The notes beneath the pieces were generated by a model, which was not told the origin of the DNA, made no database searches, and saw nothing but the letters and a program-made list of their open reading frames with translations. The translations under genes and the position numbers were made by a program. A stretch of 59,574 nucleotides of DNA, the filler included, from Sphacelaria rigidula (Eukaryota): assembly GCA_964200075.2 (NCBI GenBank). It is 8 parts of 8 records of this genome, joined end to end, with 100 filler letters (N's around TTAATTAATTAA, not from the genome) between each part and the next. Parts side by side here need not be neighbours in the genome. Positions count along the whole stretch, not along the records: positions 1 to 7,360 come from CAXNAA020015263.1; positions 7,461 to 14,820 come from CAXNAA020015264.1; 6 more parts are not named here. One strand, given 5' to 3'. Below, piece after piece: positions 1 through 11,436 of this stretch. Positions within the stretch are counted from its first letter, which is position 1. Each line of letters opens with the position of its first letter.

Positions 1-25
1 CAAATGGCCCAAAATACCCCCCCCC

Positions 26-1251
26 CTATCGTAGGATGACTCCGCTACGGCAATCAGGGAACACGACGTTTATGTTCGCATGTATACCGCCTAGCCGTGG
101 TGTCGCTCTCTGTACCTTGAAGAGCCCAGAGGAGAATGATTTCTGGAACTTCTTCACCATGCCATCATTCACCACGACGGAGAGACTGGCATCTGAGAGA
201 AAGGGCCCGATAGGGCGCCCGCCTTGGAGGGCGATCTCCAGCAGCTGCGTACTCTCGACCCCAACACCAAGGACAGCGTCGCCCTTGTTCATGAACCTTC
301 ATGGATATGAAGAGGCAACGACTCCCTCTTTGTGTCATCTCATCTTCGAACGGCGGTGAGGGTAAGATCTCTGGTATGTCAAGTATAAACTACGATACAA
401 AATAAGGAACGGCCGGCAGCAGGTCTCTGCTTTGTCTCTGGAGTGCAGCTGTATACAGGCGGTGGTATTCTACATTCCTCAACCAGTACTACCGGGAAAG
501 ATACAGCCGACTTCCGTGCCTGAGTATCTAGGCCGGTCACCGATCAGCTCACGACAGCGAATATATGTCCCAACTTTCTTGGGATAAAGTCAACTACCGA
601 CGGGGAGTAACGCACCAGCTCCAAGGGCCGTGGAAGCCTTCCCTTGTACACCGCCTCGAATTCCTTCATGGCGTCGCCTGCCTGTTCTTCAGCTGGCAGG
701 CTTTCTCTTGTCTCTGATATCGTCTTGTCCACGGACGATATATAGTCCCCCACGAACAGCTGGAAATCTTCCAACCCGTACGTACCGTCTATCATGTTGT
801 GAACGCCGCTGTTCACAAAAATCGGGATCGGAAACATCAAATGTCGCACCACATTCTGTGACAGGTCGACCAGTGTGCAGTGATATTTACGCACACGGCG
901 GCGCATTCTAACGTGGTCTCGATATAGACAGAGCGCCTTACCTCGGGCGGCGGCCGGACTACATATTAATGGCACTCACTCCTGAAACCTGTCGGTCCTA
1001 GCAAGACGAGTCACCACGCTCTCGATTCTCTCCACCAGGTTGTGCGCGATGCGGGCGTTTTTGGTGATCCGATCCCAATCTTTCGGTGTGGGTGTCATCT
1101 TGTTCGCCCTCGAATGTCTGTCGTGGTACGGTCGAAAATCGAGGATGAATGTTGTTTGGGTACCGTCCTTGGGATCTTTCGTAGGCGTCGCGATACATCC
1201 GGAATAAAGACACATCTGCACTCTCCGCCTGTGGAATGTGGCCTCGCTCAT
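26..1251 (-). pseudogene. Decayed coding region resembling a divergent beta-class N6/N4 DNA methyltransferase fold (3' part of the candidate ParB-MTase-like gene)
   Basis: ORFs 976..1251 and 544..975 are one frame split by a single TGA. They contain MCLYSGC...DGTQTTFILDFRPY, positioned like lyxGD...svDliitDPPY (motif IV). After a probable intron (donor GTGAGC near 552, acceptor near 371), ORF 26..292 reads NKGDAVLGVGVESTQLLEIALQGGRPIGPF, patterned like GDxVLDPFxGSGTTxxAAxxLGRxxIG (motif I region). The catalytic residues are not canonical. Confidence 0.45.
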
Positions 1252-1379
1252 CCTCGAAAACAGCCATCTGCAATTCGTGACCTCCGGTGTTTACACGGAA
1301 CGATATCGTCCTCCAGTGATTCTGGTACAAAACACTGTTGATCATATATTTACTTTGCTACGATGAGTGAGGTCACACA

Positions 1380-3134
1380 TCACAGCCGGAGAATGCTTTT
1401 GTATTTTAATTTTGAAACCTTTTCGATGTTTTTGAAGGTTCCCGAGGTTCGTCCTTTACCAAAAAATCTATCCTCAATTTTGAAAATAGACTGCTTTGAG
1501 CGGAGGGGGGGGTATGTGTAGTTATACCCTGGATAAATTGGTCCTGACGGTCCATCAAACAGGACACATACCACATGACACGCTCTCGTCATCATCCGGT
1601 GCGGCGAATTAACGGAAGATAACTCGAGATTATCACAACAAGCGATTGGATGAACCGGCGGTGCATACCTTACGAGAATATTGACGGCGATCGATTGCGC
1701 TGCGGGTTTGGGGTGTAGATCGCCGTAAGCCTTGGTCTTCAGGTACGTCAGCGAAATACATTTCGCGTCAATACCGGGGTCCGACGTCTGGAACGCCCAG
1801 GCAATGGCTTTCATCGCTTTCGGTGTAGTGGCGAAGCAGGCCTTTCGCCAGTGCCACATCGTCACCAGCGACAGAGAATTCACACCCAGCTGTTTTCGGT
1901 GACGAGGGGACACCAACGGATCGTGGAGAAAATCATATAGCAAATGCGGTGAACCCAAGTCGGCCATTTCAGCATCCGTGGAAGTTCAAAATGATTCATA
2001 TTACCGTACACAACTTCCCCCGACTGAACAGAACATCCGTACCGGCCCCCGCATCGAATCGTCGCCCCCCCGCTCCTGAGCGGCAACTTCACTGCGACCG
2101 TCGTGCGTGCTGCATTACATACGTAGTCGAGGTCTGTCGTGGTCGCTGCACACAGGATTGTTTCTCGGCGTATGAGCGGGTGGGAGACGCAGTACACGCG
2201 TCGTGAACCCTCCGGCAGCTAGTTTACAACAACATGAGCGGACTTGACTCGGTTCCGAGATGTAATATAAATGATCCGCGGCACACATATGATACAATAC
2301 GACTTTAAACTGCACGCAATCCCCACTATCGTTCCCGTGTAATGCAGACCCAGTTTTGTAGTACCCCGTTTTTTACATCCCATCACTCGCGTTCGTGAAC
2401 TCCTTTGCTATTTGCTCCCCCGTAACGGCATCACTCCCCGTCCTCTCCTGGACCGACGTTATGATCCCAACGTACATGTCAAGCTTGTCGTACGTGTTGA
2501 GGGGGGACAGAGTCTCGTCGACATCGTTCAAAGCTGTTCGAAGGCAGGCAGGCAGCAGCAACGGTTGACATGGCTATTATTCACCGATGTGCGAGACTTT
2601 TTATTTGAAACAGTTTCCTCTCTGACGCAGCTGATTCTGGGCAACAACAATGTAAATCTATAAAGTCGTCTCTTTGGTCCTTCATATGCCATTGTGTATT
2701 CGCTCGGACGATCCCAAGACACGTTGCGTCCGAAGGCGGACGGAGGTATAACATTTGCCAGACTCGTGTGTTGGTCCGAGCACGGTCAGCCGGGAAACAA
2801 AACGCCCCGTATTTTATCCAACAGACCGTTCTTGGACAAAAATGCGATTGTTGCAAAAATTACCTGCGGCCACCGGAAAACACAACGGTGTTTTGGAACC
2901 GTCTCAACGAGTGCAGTAATACAATCGCAGGTGTCAACAATCGCGTACAAGGCTGTTCGTTCGGCCAAAATCAAAAGCGGCCACCAGAAAACCTTGAAGG
3001 TAGGTGTCCTGCAATAATCTTAACGGCTGGAGCACGACATTCGAAGGCGTCTGCATTTTGGCCGTAACCCGACGCATCTGGACGGCATAAACAGTTCGTG
3101 TCAGGTTATTCTTGCCCGCCATGAAAATCGGCAT
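1380..3134 (-). pseudogene. Broken minus-strand coding-like fragments of unknown function between the ParB-like and MTase-like parts
   Basis: Protein-like ORFs 1380..1967, 2373..2561, 2786..2974 and 2934..3134 are on the same strand as the flanking domains. No recognisable motif. Confidence 0.3.
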
Positions 3135-3590
3135 GAGAAATAGCGACAGCCGAGCTGTCGTATATGTTGATAAACCGAAGAATGTAAGTCCGACTGCATG
3201 TTACTTGAGAACTGTGGCGTTGGAATCTGCTTTGTTTTGTTTTCGTTTCGAATCTGAGAATTGAACGAAAGGTCTGAACAAAATGCGCCTAAACACGTCC
3301 CGTCGATGACGATTGTCCACTGCCCCCCCCCCCGCCGCCACTTGTTCGCACAGGGCCCAGAGAGAAGGGCGAAGATTATGAATGGCAAAATGTTTGGACC
3401 AGTCACAGCCTTGCCATGCCCAAAAAATGCGAGAAGGGCCCACCTTACCGGGATTAGCAAAAGAAGCGAGAAGCGAAACAGATTTCTGCCTTTCGTCGGA
3501 GAAAAACGGCCGTAAAACATTATCGCAGAACAAAGAATAGAAGTTGAGGACTTTCGGGAAACATCGCAGATTTGTCGCAGGGCTCGCAAA

Positions 3591-3841
3591 GAGTGATGCT
3601 ACGATAGGGTTGCACTTTTTGAGCGAAAATGTTTCTAGGGGTGTTGCACGGATAATTTTGAGAATCGGCATCATTTTCACTTGAAAAGACTGAAAATGAT
3701 GCCGATTCATGAAACGGCCCTTGTGTGCACCTCCATGTCCTGTCCCCGGAGATTTGGGTGCACAGTAAGCCCCATATATTTGGGCTCCTACAAAAAAGAG
3801 ACCCAGAAACAAAAAGTGCAGCCCCTATCGTAGCATCACTC
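3591..3841. mobile_element. 251-bp MITE-like element with about 31-bp terminal inverted repeats and an internal hairpin
   Basis: GAGTGATGCTACGATAGGGTTGCACTTTTTG (3591-3621) pairs with CAAAAAGTGCAGCCCCTATCGTAGCATCACTC (3810-3841). Internal perfect 18-bp stem GAATCGGCATCATTTTCA / TGAAAATGATGCCGATTC (3662-3708). No TSD seen. Confidence 0.65.
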
Positions 3842-4585
3842 CAGATATTTCCCGCAGGGACGTCATTGTGTATGTGAGACGCACGGAATCTCGCTGACAA
3901 GTATGTGTGCAAAACAACAACCAGAAGCACCCAAGCGCCGAAACAAAGATATAATTTGCCGGCATACTCGTGTCTGCAAAGTGTAGGGCCATACTGTTTT
4001 TTTAGAGCCCGAAAAAGAGAAAAGGCGCATAAAACCATTTGAGGCGCAGGTTTCCTCTTTTCAGGGGCTGAAAAAGAAGAAAGGCACACAAAAAAGGAAA
4101 AGGGGCAAAAAAAGAACAAACCTGCGCCGGAAACGAAAAAAAGAGGCGAAAAGCATGAAAACAGTACCCGAAAAACACGAGGAAAAGTAGCCAAGGATCC
4201 AAAGTCTACACCTCATGCACACACGAACCGTCGTTTGAATCATAGACCCGCGGACGAGCCGTGTTAGAGGCCGAGCCTGAATTCCTGGCGCTAAACTAGT
4301 GTGTAGCCACAACAACCCCCCCCATCCAATGAGATCAGTCGTGACATCCCTGGCCGGTACAGGCGGAGAATGGGGTTCTCATCCTCATGCACAGCGGAGT
4401 ACACGCTCAACCCCGACACGTTTTTTTACATGCTTAAATCGTATGACCTAATTATTACGGTGGCGTTTTTTCAACCCTAGGCCGTGCGCCAATTTTGTAC
4501 CTTGCATCACATAGTTCAATGCTCTCGAAACGATTGCGGAGGCACGTGGCTACAGACAATACCATCTGTCAATATGGTGACTCAC

Positions 4586-4937
4586 CGTCGACAAGGATTC
4601 GCATGACCTCTGGGACGAACTCATGGTAACCTTGACACGGCACGCTGTGATCTTGCTCGAAAATCGATCTCGCCGCGGATGTCCGATGATTTCCGTCCGA
4701 GATGCGCAACTCGCACGTCGAGAGAGACTCCGACGTTATTCTTCCATTCTCCGGGACACCTTCATGCGGCATCACTATGGCTGGCGGATCGTGCGTGAGC
4801 TACTCCTTTGACCTCAACGAAGTGATGACCTTCTCCACCCCACGAGGATTCAGCTCACGGGTGAGGGATGTCACGGCGATTTGAGATAGCTTCATCGGAA
4901 ACGTACCTACGTAGGGGCTGGTGAGAAGGATTTCCAT
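4586..4937 (-). pseudogene. ParB/sulfiredoxin-like domain exon with one premature stop
   Basis: My translation: MEILLTSPYVGTFPMKLSQIAVTSLTRELNPRGVEKVITSLRSKE*LTHDPPAIVMPHEG...CELRISDGNHRTSAARSIFEQDHSVPCQGY...LVD, ending at a GTGAGT donor (4585). Fits the ParB/Srx pattern R.l...ve.l..si...G.l.P.iv...iiDGxHRxxAa...vP. TAG at 4802-4800. Confidence 0.6.
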
Positions 4938-7360
4938 GTTCCGCTGTACTGGCGCTACTGTCCCTGACGGCTGACTTCTGACATCAGGGGAATCCGTTAG
5001 GCTGAAACAACGGTTGCCTGCTTCTTCACTGTTGTTGTATGCAGGTTGCGGGCGGCAGCGCAGTGGATTGTGTAAGGGACGGGGGTAGAGCGAAGGACGG
5101 TGAGAACGTTCTAATATCGCGGTTAGATGCAGGTCACGATTGGGACACGTTACCCACCTTTATCCACAACGCCACCTGTACTCTGAATTCCACAACATAT
5201 CTGGGTCATATCAGTCTCGCATGAGTACTAATAAGCTATATTCTTCGATAATATCTTGCTTAGTAGCTAGTACAGCGGTGTCTTCCTTATGAGTTCCACT
5301 TTCCGTAGGATGGTGACCCACTTGCCGCGTGTCAGGTGCCATATAACTGAAACGATCCCACCAGTCAGGCAGGTAAAAAAACCTAAAGATTCCGATATTT
5401 GTCGACATATGTCCCATTCTCTGATCATGCTTCGGGTGCACATGGTCAGTTGTACACAGGACCACAGGATATTTGTCCCGATATTCTGACGGTCAGGGCA
5501 TGTTGGTTTGTAGTGTCGGAAATAGTTATATAAACGTGGAAGAACACCGACGACGTTCTTGCTGTTGATACATGACCACCCCGCCTACGCTGTCACAAAC
5601 GTATCGACATCGCCTACTCTCAAATACTCACTTACCAGAGGAATTAGTGTGGGGCGTGCGTTCATGCCGATTACAGAGGCGGGCCGCCTCTTGTTCGCGA
5701 CCTCGGTTGAACCCACAGAGCGGAGCATCGAATCATGTGGACATACGGGCGGCTTGACTCCAAAAAGGAGGCAAGAGCAATCCCCTCTCGAGTCGATCGT
5801 TCCCGTGGCGGCTGCACCTCTCCCCACACAGCCTATTGCACTGGAACCCAGGTGCTCCATCGGTATCGAGAACCACGTGAGTGTATTATATCTCGCCGCC
5901 AAGTCTGGGCAGATGTGCGACTACCGCTGTCGTGTAGCAAAGCGAATATATTATCATATAGATTTCACACAATATACGGTGATACTGTACTACGCAAGCG
6001 CGACGTCACAATAGACCGAAAATGTGTGCTACCACAACCTGCTGTACCCATGCTTTACTGTAACGCCGGTCGACACCTACCGGCTTACTGTTTCTTGCCG
6101 TCGTACCCAGCGAAAACAACCGGCACAGGTTTGAATCTCGAAATCGATTACTGTATCCCGGTTTACTGTTTTGCGGCAGTGGTCCGCCTCGGAACAGTTT
6201 CACCGGCTGACAGTCCAGGAACATTCGCGGGTTCCCACAGGGCAGGGAGGTTCGACGAACAGCCGGAGAGCTCAAGAAGTCAACCATTTGTTTTTGGAAG
6301 TAAAGACTCCGCTTGCAGTCTTTCGGGTGTACCTGACGCTCCTCGCGTTGCCAGCATAGCTTCACACTGTCTGTAGTGTTGTTGGGAAACACGAAGCAGA
6401 GTTATCAGCAGCGTGCATGTAACTACGGAAACTGAAAGGTGCTCGTTGAAGACATACTGGTATACTGTACTGACTTTGCATGCACTTGACTTCCGGATCG
6501 AAACCGGTCAGGGACTTCCCTGTATTGTTGTCTATACATGTGTCCTACATTCACGTGTCGCAAACATTATTTCCACCTATATAGGTAGACCCATATTTCC
6601 GCCGTAACCTTTTATCATGACCGATCCCGTGTTTTGTTTTAATTCGGGAGCCCACATGTTTTGAATCAGCTGCCCGTTACGAATGTATGCAAACAAACTG
6701 AAGCCTTCACGTGTAGTACCGTTGTGCAGGCAGTAGTCAGTAGTCATATCCTCTGCATCTGCATCCACTGCCATGGCCGTGCAGCTGCATGTGACCTCGA
6801 ACCCCACAGTGAAGACGGTATAGTACTGTACTGTATTGGCAAAGCTCAGCTACGTACTGTGCTCGCGAGTACAGCCCGTACTTGTAACCTGGCAGAGTAC
6901 AGCCTGTACTCCGACATGGAGTAGTACAAGATGGCAAGTACAGACTATAGCTGTACCGTGTTTGCGAAGCATAGCCTATAGTTGTGATCTCGTACTACTC
7001 GCAAAATCCACGGCCTGTATAGTGAATACTTGTGCCTGCTGCAACACCCTGGTACTGATTGTACTACCTTTATACCGTAAAGTCTACATCGTACAGAATG
7101 TATTATGCCCATCATCTCGACAAAAACCTCTCATCCACGGCACCACCGGATGATGACAGATCGAAGTGGGAGTTTTCCGTCGTGTTCAACATTGACTCGT
7201 GCTGGCTGGACTTCGATACTCCGTCGGTCCTCTTTATGTTTGTCTCTCTGCTGTATACACTAATTTAGTTCGTCTTGTCTGCTACGTACTGTGACGAAAT
7301 ATCGCCTACATGATGTGCTATGTAGTGATCAGCAGGATGATGACCGTTGACTGTGTAGTG

Positions 7361-7460
7361 NNNNNNNNNNNNNNNNNNNNNNNNNNNNNNNNNNNNNNNN
7401 NNNNTTAATTAATTAANNNNNNNNNNNNNNNNNNNNNNNNNNNNNNNNNNNNNNNNNNNN
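7361..7460. other. Artificial contig linker (N44-TTAATTAATTAA-N44)
   Basis: Identical 100-bp spacer with a stop in all six frames, recurring every 7459-7460 bp. Confidence 0.98.
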
Positions 7461-7696
7461 CCCCCCCCTACAGACTGACTTCGTATTTTGTTTGTTCCAC
7501 ATAGTCATCATGTTCTGATAACAATTTCTTCCCACCAGAAAGATACAAATAAGCAGACATGGATATCCTTTCGCGTCTCTGGGCAGGAAAACACACCGAT
7601 CGTGCCAATCGTCATATCGTATGCCGAAACTCCCCCCCTCCCCCTTAGCAAGAATCATTTCAAGAATACGAAAGAACGAACACTGCACAATTGCAG

Positions 7697-7836
7697 ATCC
7701 GCGAAGTCGGGGAGATCTGGTCTCTGGCCTTCGTGGCGTTAGCGGTGGTGGCGATCCTCGGACACTGCTGCATGGCCTACGGTTTCTCCGTCGCGGGCGA
7801 AAGGCTTACCCGGCGTCTCCGTGAGATCGGTTTCAA
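7697..7836 (+). CDS. ABCB (MDR/P-glycoprotein-type) ABC transporter, transmembrane-domain exon (partial gene, exon a)
   Basis: AG/GT bounded. IREVGEIWSLAFVALAVVAILGHCCMAYGFSVAGERLTRRLREIGF; the GERLTRRLR motif is typical of ABCB TMD2. Ends in phase 2. Confidence 0.9.
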
Positions 7837-8006
7837 GTGAGCAGTGGCATGAACATGTGCTTCGAAGTATGTTTGGTTGTGTACCAATGTGTTCCATGAG
7901 TGCTTCGGGTATGGTACATACCGTGACGTACCCTGGGTTCTTCGGGTCTCTTGAGTACCCCAAACTCTGGGATGCGCAGGGAATCGACTGCCAAAACCCG
8001 GTATGC

Positions 8007-8051
<45 letters not shown>
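8007..8051. repeat. (TGT)n microsatellite
   Basis: About 15 perfect TGT units in the ABCB intron. Confidence 0.95.
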
Positions 8052-8864
8052 CTTTCACAATGAGAACCGTTACCATGTCTGCGCAGCACTCCGTACTGGT
8101 CATCTGATGTGGACGCCTTCCGTGGTCACAGGCTACCTACCCAACATGAGTTTTTTTTACTCACACTTTGAACCCCCCCCCCCTTCCTCGGGGTGAGACC
8201 GTGGTCTCAAAGACCAACCCCTCTTCCCCCCGGTACGTGCCTTTCATTTTGGTCTCGCGGATTGGATTAGCATTGCCGCACCGTGTCAAGTCACGTCAAA
8301 CTAACTCAGTCGACTACTTTGTTCACTCACGTTCTCACGCTTTCCACGGTGGAAACCATACATTACGAAGAAACAACCGAACACATCCGGAATCAAACCC
8401 CCGTTCTCTCCACCCCAATGGCGACAGTCGGACCATCACACCACCGGGGCGCGGCGGCGTTTTTTGGAAATGAAAGGAACATATATATATATATAGATCC
8501 GATACAACATGAAGGAAATACTGCTAACCTCATACGTTCCGGGATGCCTTTGAAATATGCGGTGTACCGCGGTACCGACGGATATATTGTGCTACACGGG
8601 TAGTACCCCACGTACCTTTGATCATATATGTACACATACGTGCTGACCCTCAGGACTCTCGGGTTCTTGGTGCAAGTAGACGGCTCTATGGCAGGGATCA
8701 TTTTGTTTCTTGTGCTGTGCCAAGCATTGATGCCTAGGGAAGGATAACCTCACTCGTGCACTATGCAGTACGGTACTGGCAAACCTGCTTCTTATTAATT
8801 GTGGTTGCGCTTGGCCGTGTCATGCTAGTCTTGAATAGAGTGCGTTTTTTATTTTTTTAGTGTC

Positions 8865-9245
8865 CTCCGGTGGCGTCCAGTGGAGCATGGTGACTGGCTC
8901 CAAATAAAGTTAGGTGGCTTTGGTATCCGTTTTTGTGGGTTCCAAATGGAGTTCGATAGCTTGAAATTGAGTTCGATGACGTCTATTCCAGTGTTGTGGC
9001 GCCAAATGATGTTTGGTGGCTTCAAATGATAAGTGGAAGCTTGTAGTGACGTTTTGGTCGTTTTAATTGAAGCTGGTGGCTTCGACTGACATTTTGTGGC
9101 CTCGATTGAAGTTTGGTAGCTTCAAATGATGATATGTGGCTCCAAAATACGTCCGGTGGCTTCCAAAAACATTTGGGGGGTTCTGATAAAGTTTGGTTGG
9201 AGTGAATGGACTCGTGGCTTCAGATCAAGTTCGGTGGATTGAACG
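8865..9245. repeat. Degenerate minisatellite of about 20-bp period (GGTGGCTTCAAATGA-like) in ABCB intron
   Basis: Recurrent gtggcttc / gtggctcc / gtggcgcc cores at roughly 20-nt spacing. Confidence 0.6.
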
Positions 9246-10039
9246 GACCTGGGTGTTTCTTGTTGTTGTTGCTGGTCCTGTCGTGATGCACTCGGTAATG
9301 TGTCGGATGTTTTTTAATGGAATTGAAAGACTTGGGAGTAAAAACCGACATGGCTACACTCCAGGTTCAGTGTATTTTCAGTGCTGGTGAAATCCTGAGG
9401 TGCTGATGGTTGTATTCGAACGTCCCAGCGGCCAGTAGTATCCAAGGTTGCGTTTCGAGAAACGTGCACACCCATGGCAGGAACAAGAGTATCGTACTAT
9501 CCTTCGGGAATGTTTGGCTGATGACTGTATACATGAGTGATGGTGCTGAATAGAACATTTTTTTTCGCACACATTTGAGGCAGAAAACGTACACTTCGTT
9601 CTGTGGTTGGTCGTGGGTCCAATATTATGCGTGCTTCGCTGTCGTGTTTGATGCCTGCGGCACCCTCGACCTGTGCGGAACAGGAGACTCCATTTTCAAC
9701 CTTTCCATGACTTGGTGTTCTTGTGATCTGGAATGGATGGTACAGTTTGACGCGCATTTCGTGCATGCGGGACATTTTTCATGTTATTCTCGTGACCTTT
9801 GATACAACCATGCGTGTGGGTGTGCGTCCCGTCTGTAGTCATGTCGTCGAACACACTTTGCTGCACATGGTTTTGTCTTCTGGCTGCACAACCTTGACTT
9901 TTCTCTTTATTTTCTCAACTTTTTTTTTTGTGATTCATGACACTTGTCTTCACCTTCACTGGGCCGGTATCCTAAGATTTAGGATATTCAATTCAAATGA
10001 TGATACGAGGTCAGTCAGGGAGTAGTCAGCTAAGGTGCG

Positions 10040-10040
<1 letters not shown>

Positions 10041-10070
<30 letters not shown>
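10041..10070. repeat. (CAAT)n microsatellite
   Basis: About 7.5 CAAT units. Confidence 0.9.
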
Positions 10071-10224
10071 GGGAGATTTTGCCTGGAACTGAAGCGACAG
10101 CATTGTTTTCATGTGTTTTCATTGCCAACGTTTTTTTTTTGTTTGTGGTACGCGGTACCACGTACGTAACTTTTTTTTTTTCTGACTCGTGCTCCACTCA
10201 TCTTCCCCTTCCCTGTGTTACAAG

Positions 10225-10315
10225 GGCGATCGTGCGTCACCACGTGGGATGGTTCGACAAGGAGGAGAACTCTGTGGGTACCCTCACCACCAACCTGGAG
10301 GAGGACGCAGCCAAG
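10225..10315 (+). CDS. ABCB transporter exon b
   Basis: Phase matches exon a (AA+G = K). AIVRHHVGWFDKEENSVGTLTTNLEEDAAK matches the ABCB GWFD..ENS.G.L...L..DA motif. Confidence 0.92.
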
Positions 10316-11340
10316 GTACAGTGCGATTATGTATTTACGGTGTACCGCGTATGCGTGTTTTTATTCAATTGGCAATCTACCCTTGTTCTGTAATTTGTGT
10401 GTTACCAAGGGCAGATATTATCAGAGTGGAAATTAATGTGCATGTTGGGGTGTTCGCGCAAACAGGTAGTCCTCGGTCAATCGCCCGTTCCCCATATACA
10501 TGTATTATGAAGTATTTTTGTGAGCTCGTCATTTGATTTGTCTGGATGTCGAGATTTGTTGTACAAGAAGTTGAAGATCTCGGGAGATGTCAGAGCAGTT
10601 GGTTGGAACAGATGATTTTTCTCGTGTCGGTTGGCATCAATACGTCGAGGTCCGGGTCGGTGAGGTGAACAGCAGGTGTACTATGACATATACAAGAGTT
10701 GACAAGTGGAGACACGCTCGCGCACTCCAACACGAGACATGTGGAATGGAGAAATGATTGTATGTTCCGCTTATAACTAGATTTTTGCAGGCCAAATCCT
10801 ATATTCTAGTCTGTTGCCAATGGGGAGTTGGGTTTACCGTCGTTGACCCCGCATGCACTGATATCCGAATCTACAACATGACCATTCCGCGTACGTTATC
10901 GCAGATGGTACGTTATTGTCATTGTTCGTATATATGAAAATATACGCACGACATTCATTCGAGTTTTTTTTTTGTTGGCATGTGTTATTATGACCTCTGT
11001 ATGACCCGACCCGCTCACTAATAACCCCGGGCTAGTCAACCCGGACCGTCTTCGCGGGCCTGTCACCTTGGGACTGTCATCATCCAATCCCCAGTCTGGG
11101 ATCGTCATTCTCCCGTCTGGGGATGCTTCCTCGTGGACGCATCCCCTACCCCGTCACTCTGTGTCTCAACCTAAACCGACTTGCAGAGTGCGTCCCGTTC
11201 AAGTCCACGTCGCGGCTCCGCACACTCCGCACCCTTTCACCGAGTGAGAAGCTACAACCTACACACACCCACCGTCCGGGTAGGATAAGTCACACTCACT
11301 GTCCGATTGTGTCTTATACTTGTATTTTTAAAAATGGCAG

Positions 11341-11436
11341 GTTCACTTCGCCACAGGAATGAACGTGGCGCACACGACTCAGCTCACGGTCACCCTGTTG
11401 CTCGGGATTCTAATCGGATTGGTTTCGGCCTGGCAG
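11341..11436 (+). CDS. ABCB transporter exon c
   Basis: CAG/GTACGT bounded, phase 0. VHFATGMNVAHTTQLTVTLLLGILIGLVSAWQ (TM helix ending in W). Confidence 0.88.

Noticed and set aside
976-978. In-frame TGA as selenocysteine or programmed readthrough
   Set aside because: The same locus has other stops (TAG at 4802-4800, TGA upstream of 292) and broken frames, so decay is the simpler explanation. No SECIS could be assessed.
3101-4315. Long overlapping minus-strand ORFs (162-224 aa, Phe-rich)
   Set aside because: They arise from A-rich low-complexity sequence and the MITE-like repeat; not protein-like.
5559-7153. Several 100-213 aa ORFs and GTAC/TACTG-rich sequence
   Set aside because: No recognisable motifs or consistent frame; looks like non-coding, compositionally biased DNA.
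7405-7416. Regularly spaced TTAATTAATTAA palindrome as a biological repeat or CRISPR-like array
   Set aside because: Embedded in N runs; it is a six-frame-stop assembly linker.
7739-8196. Poly-Q, poly-N, poly-C and poly-V ORFs
   Set aside because: Translations of an intronic (TGT)n microsatellite.
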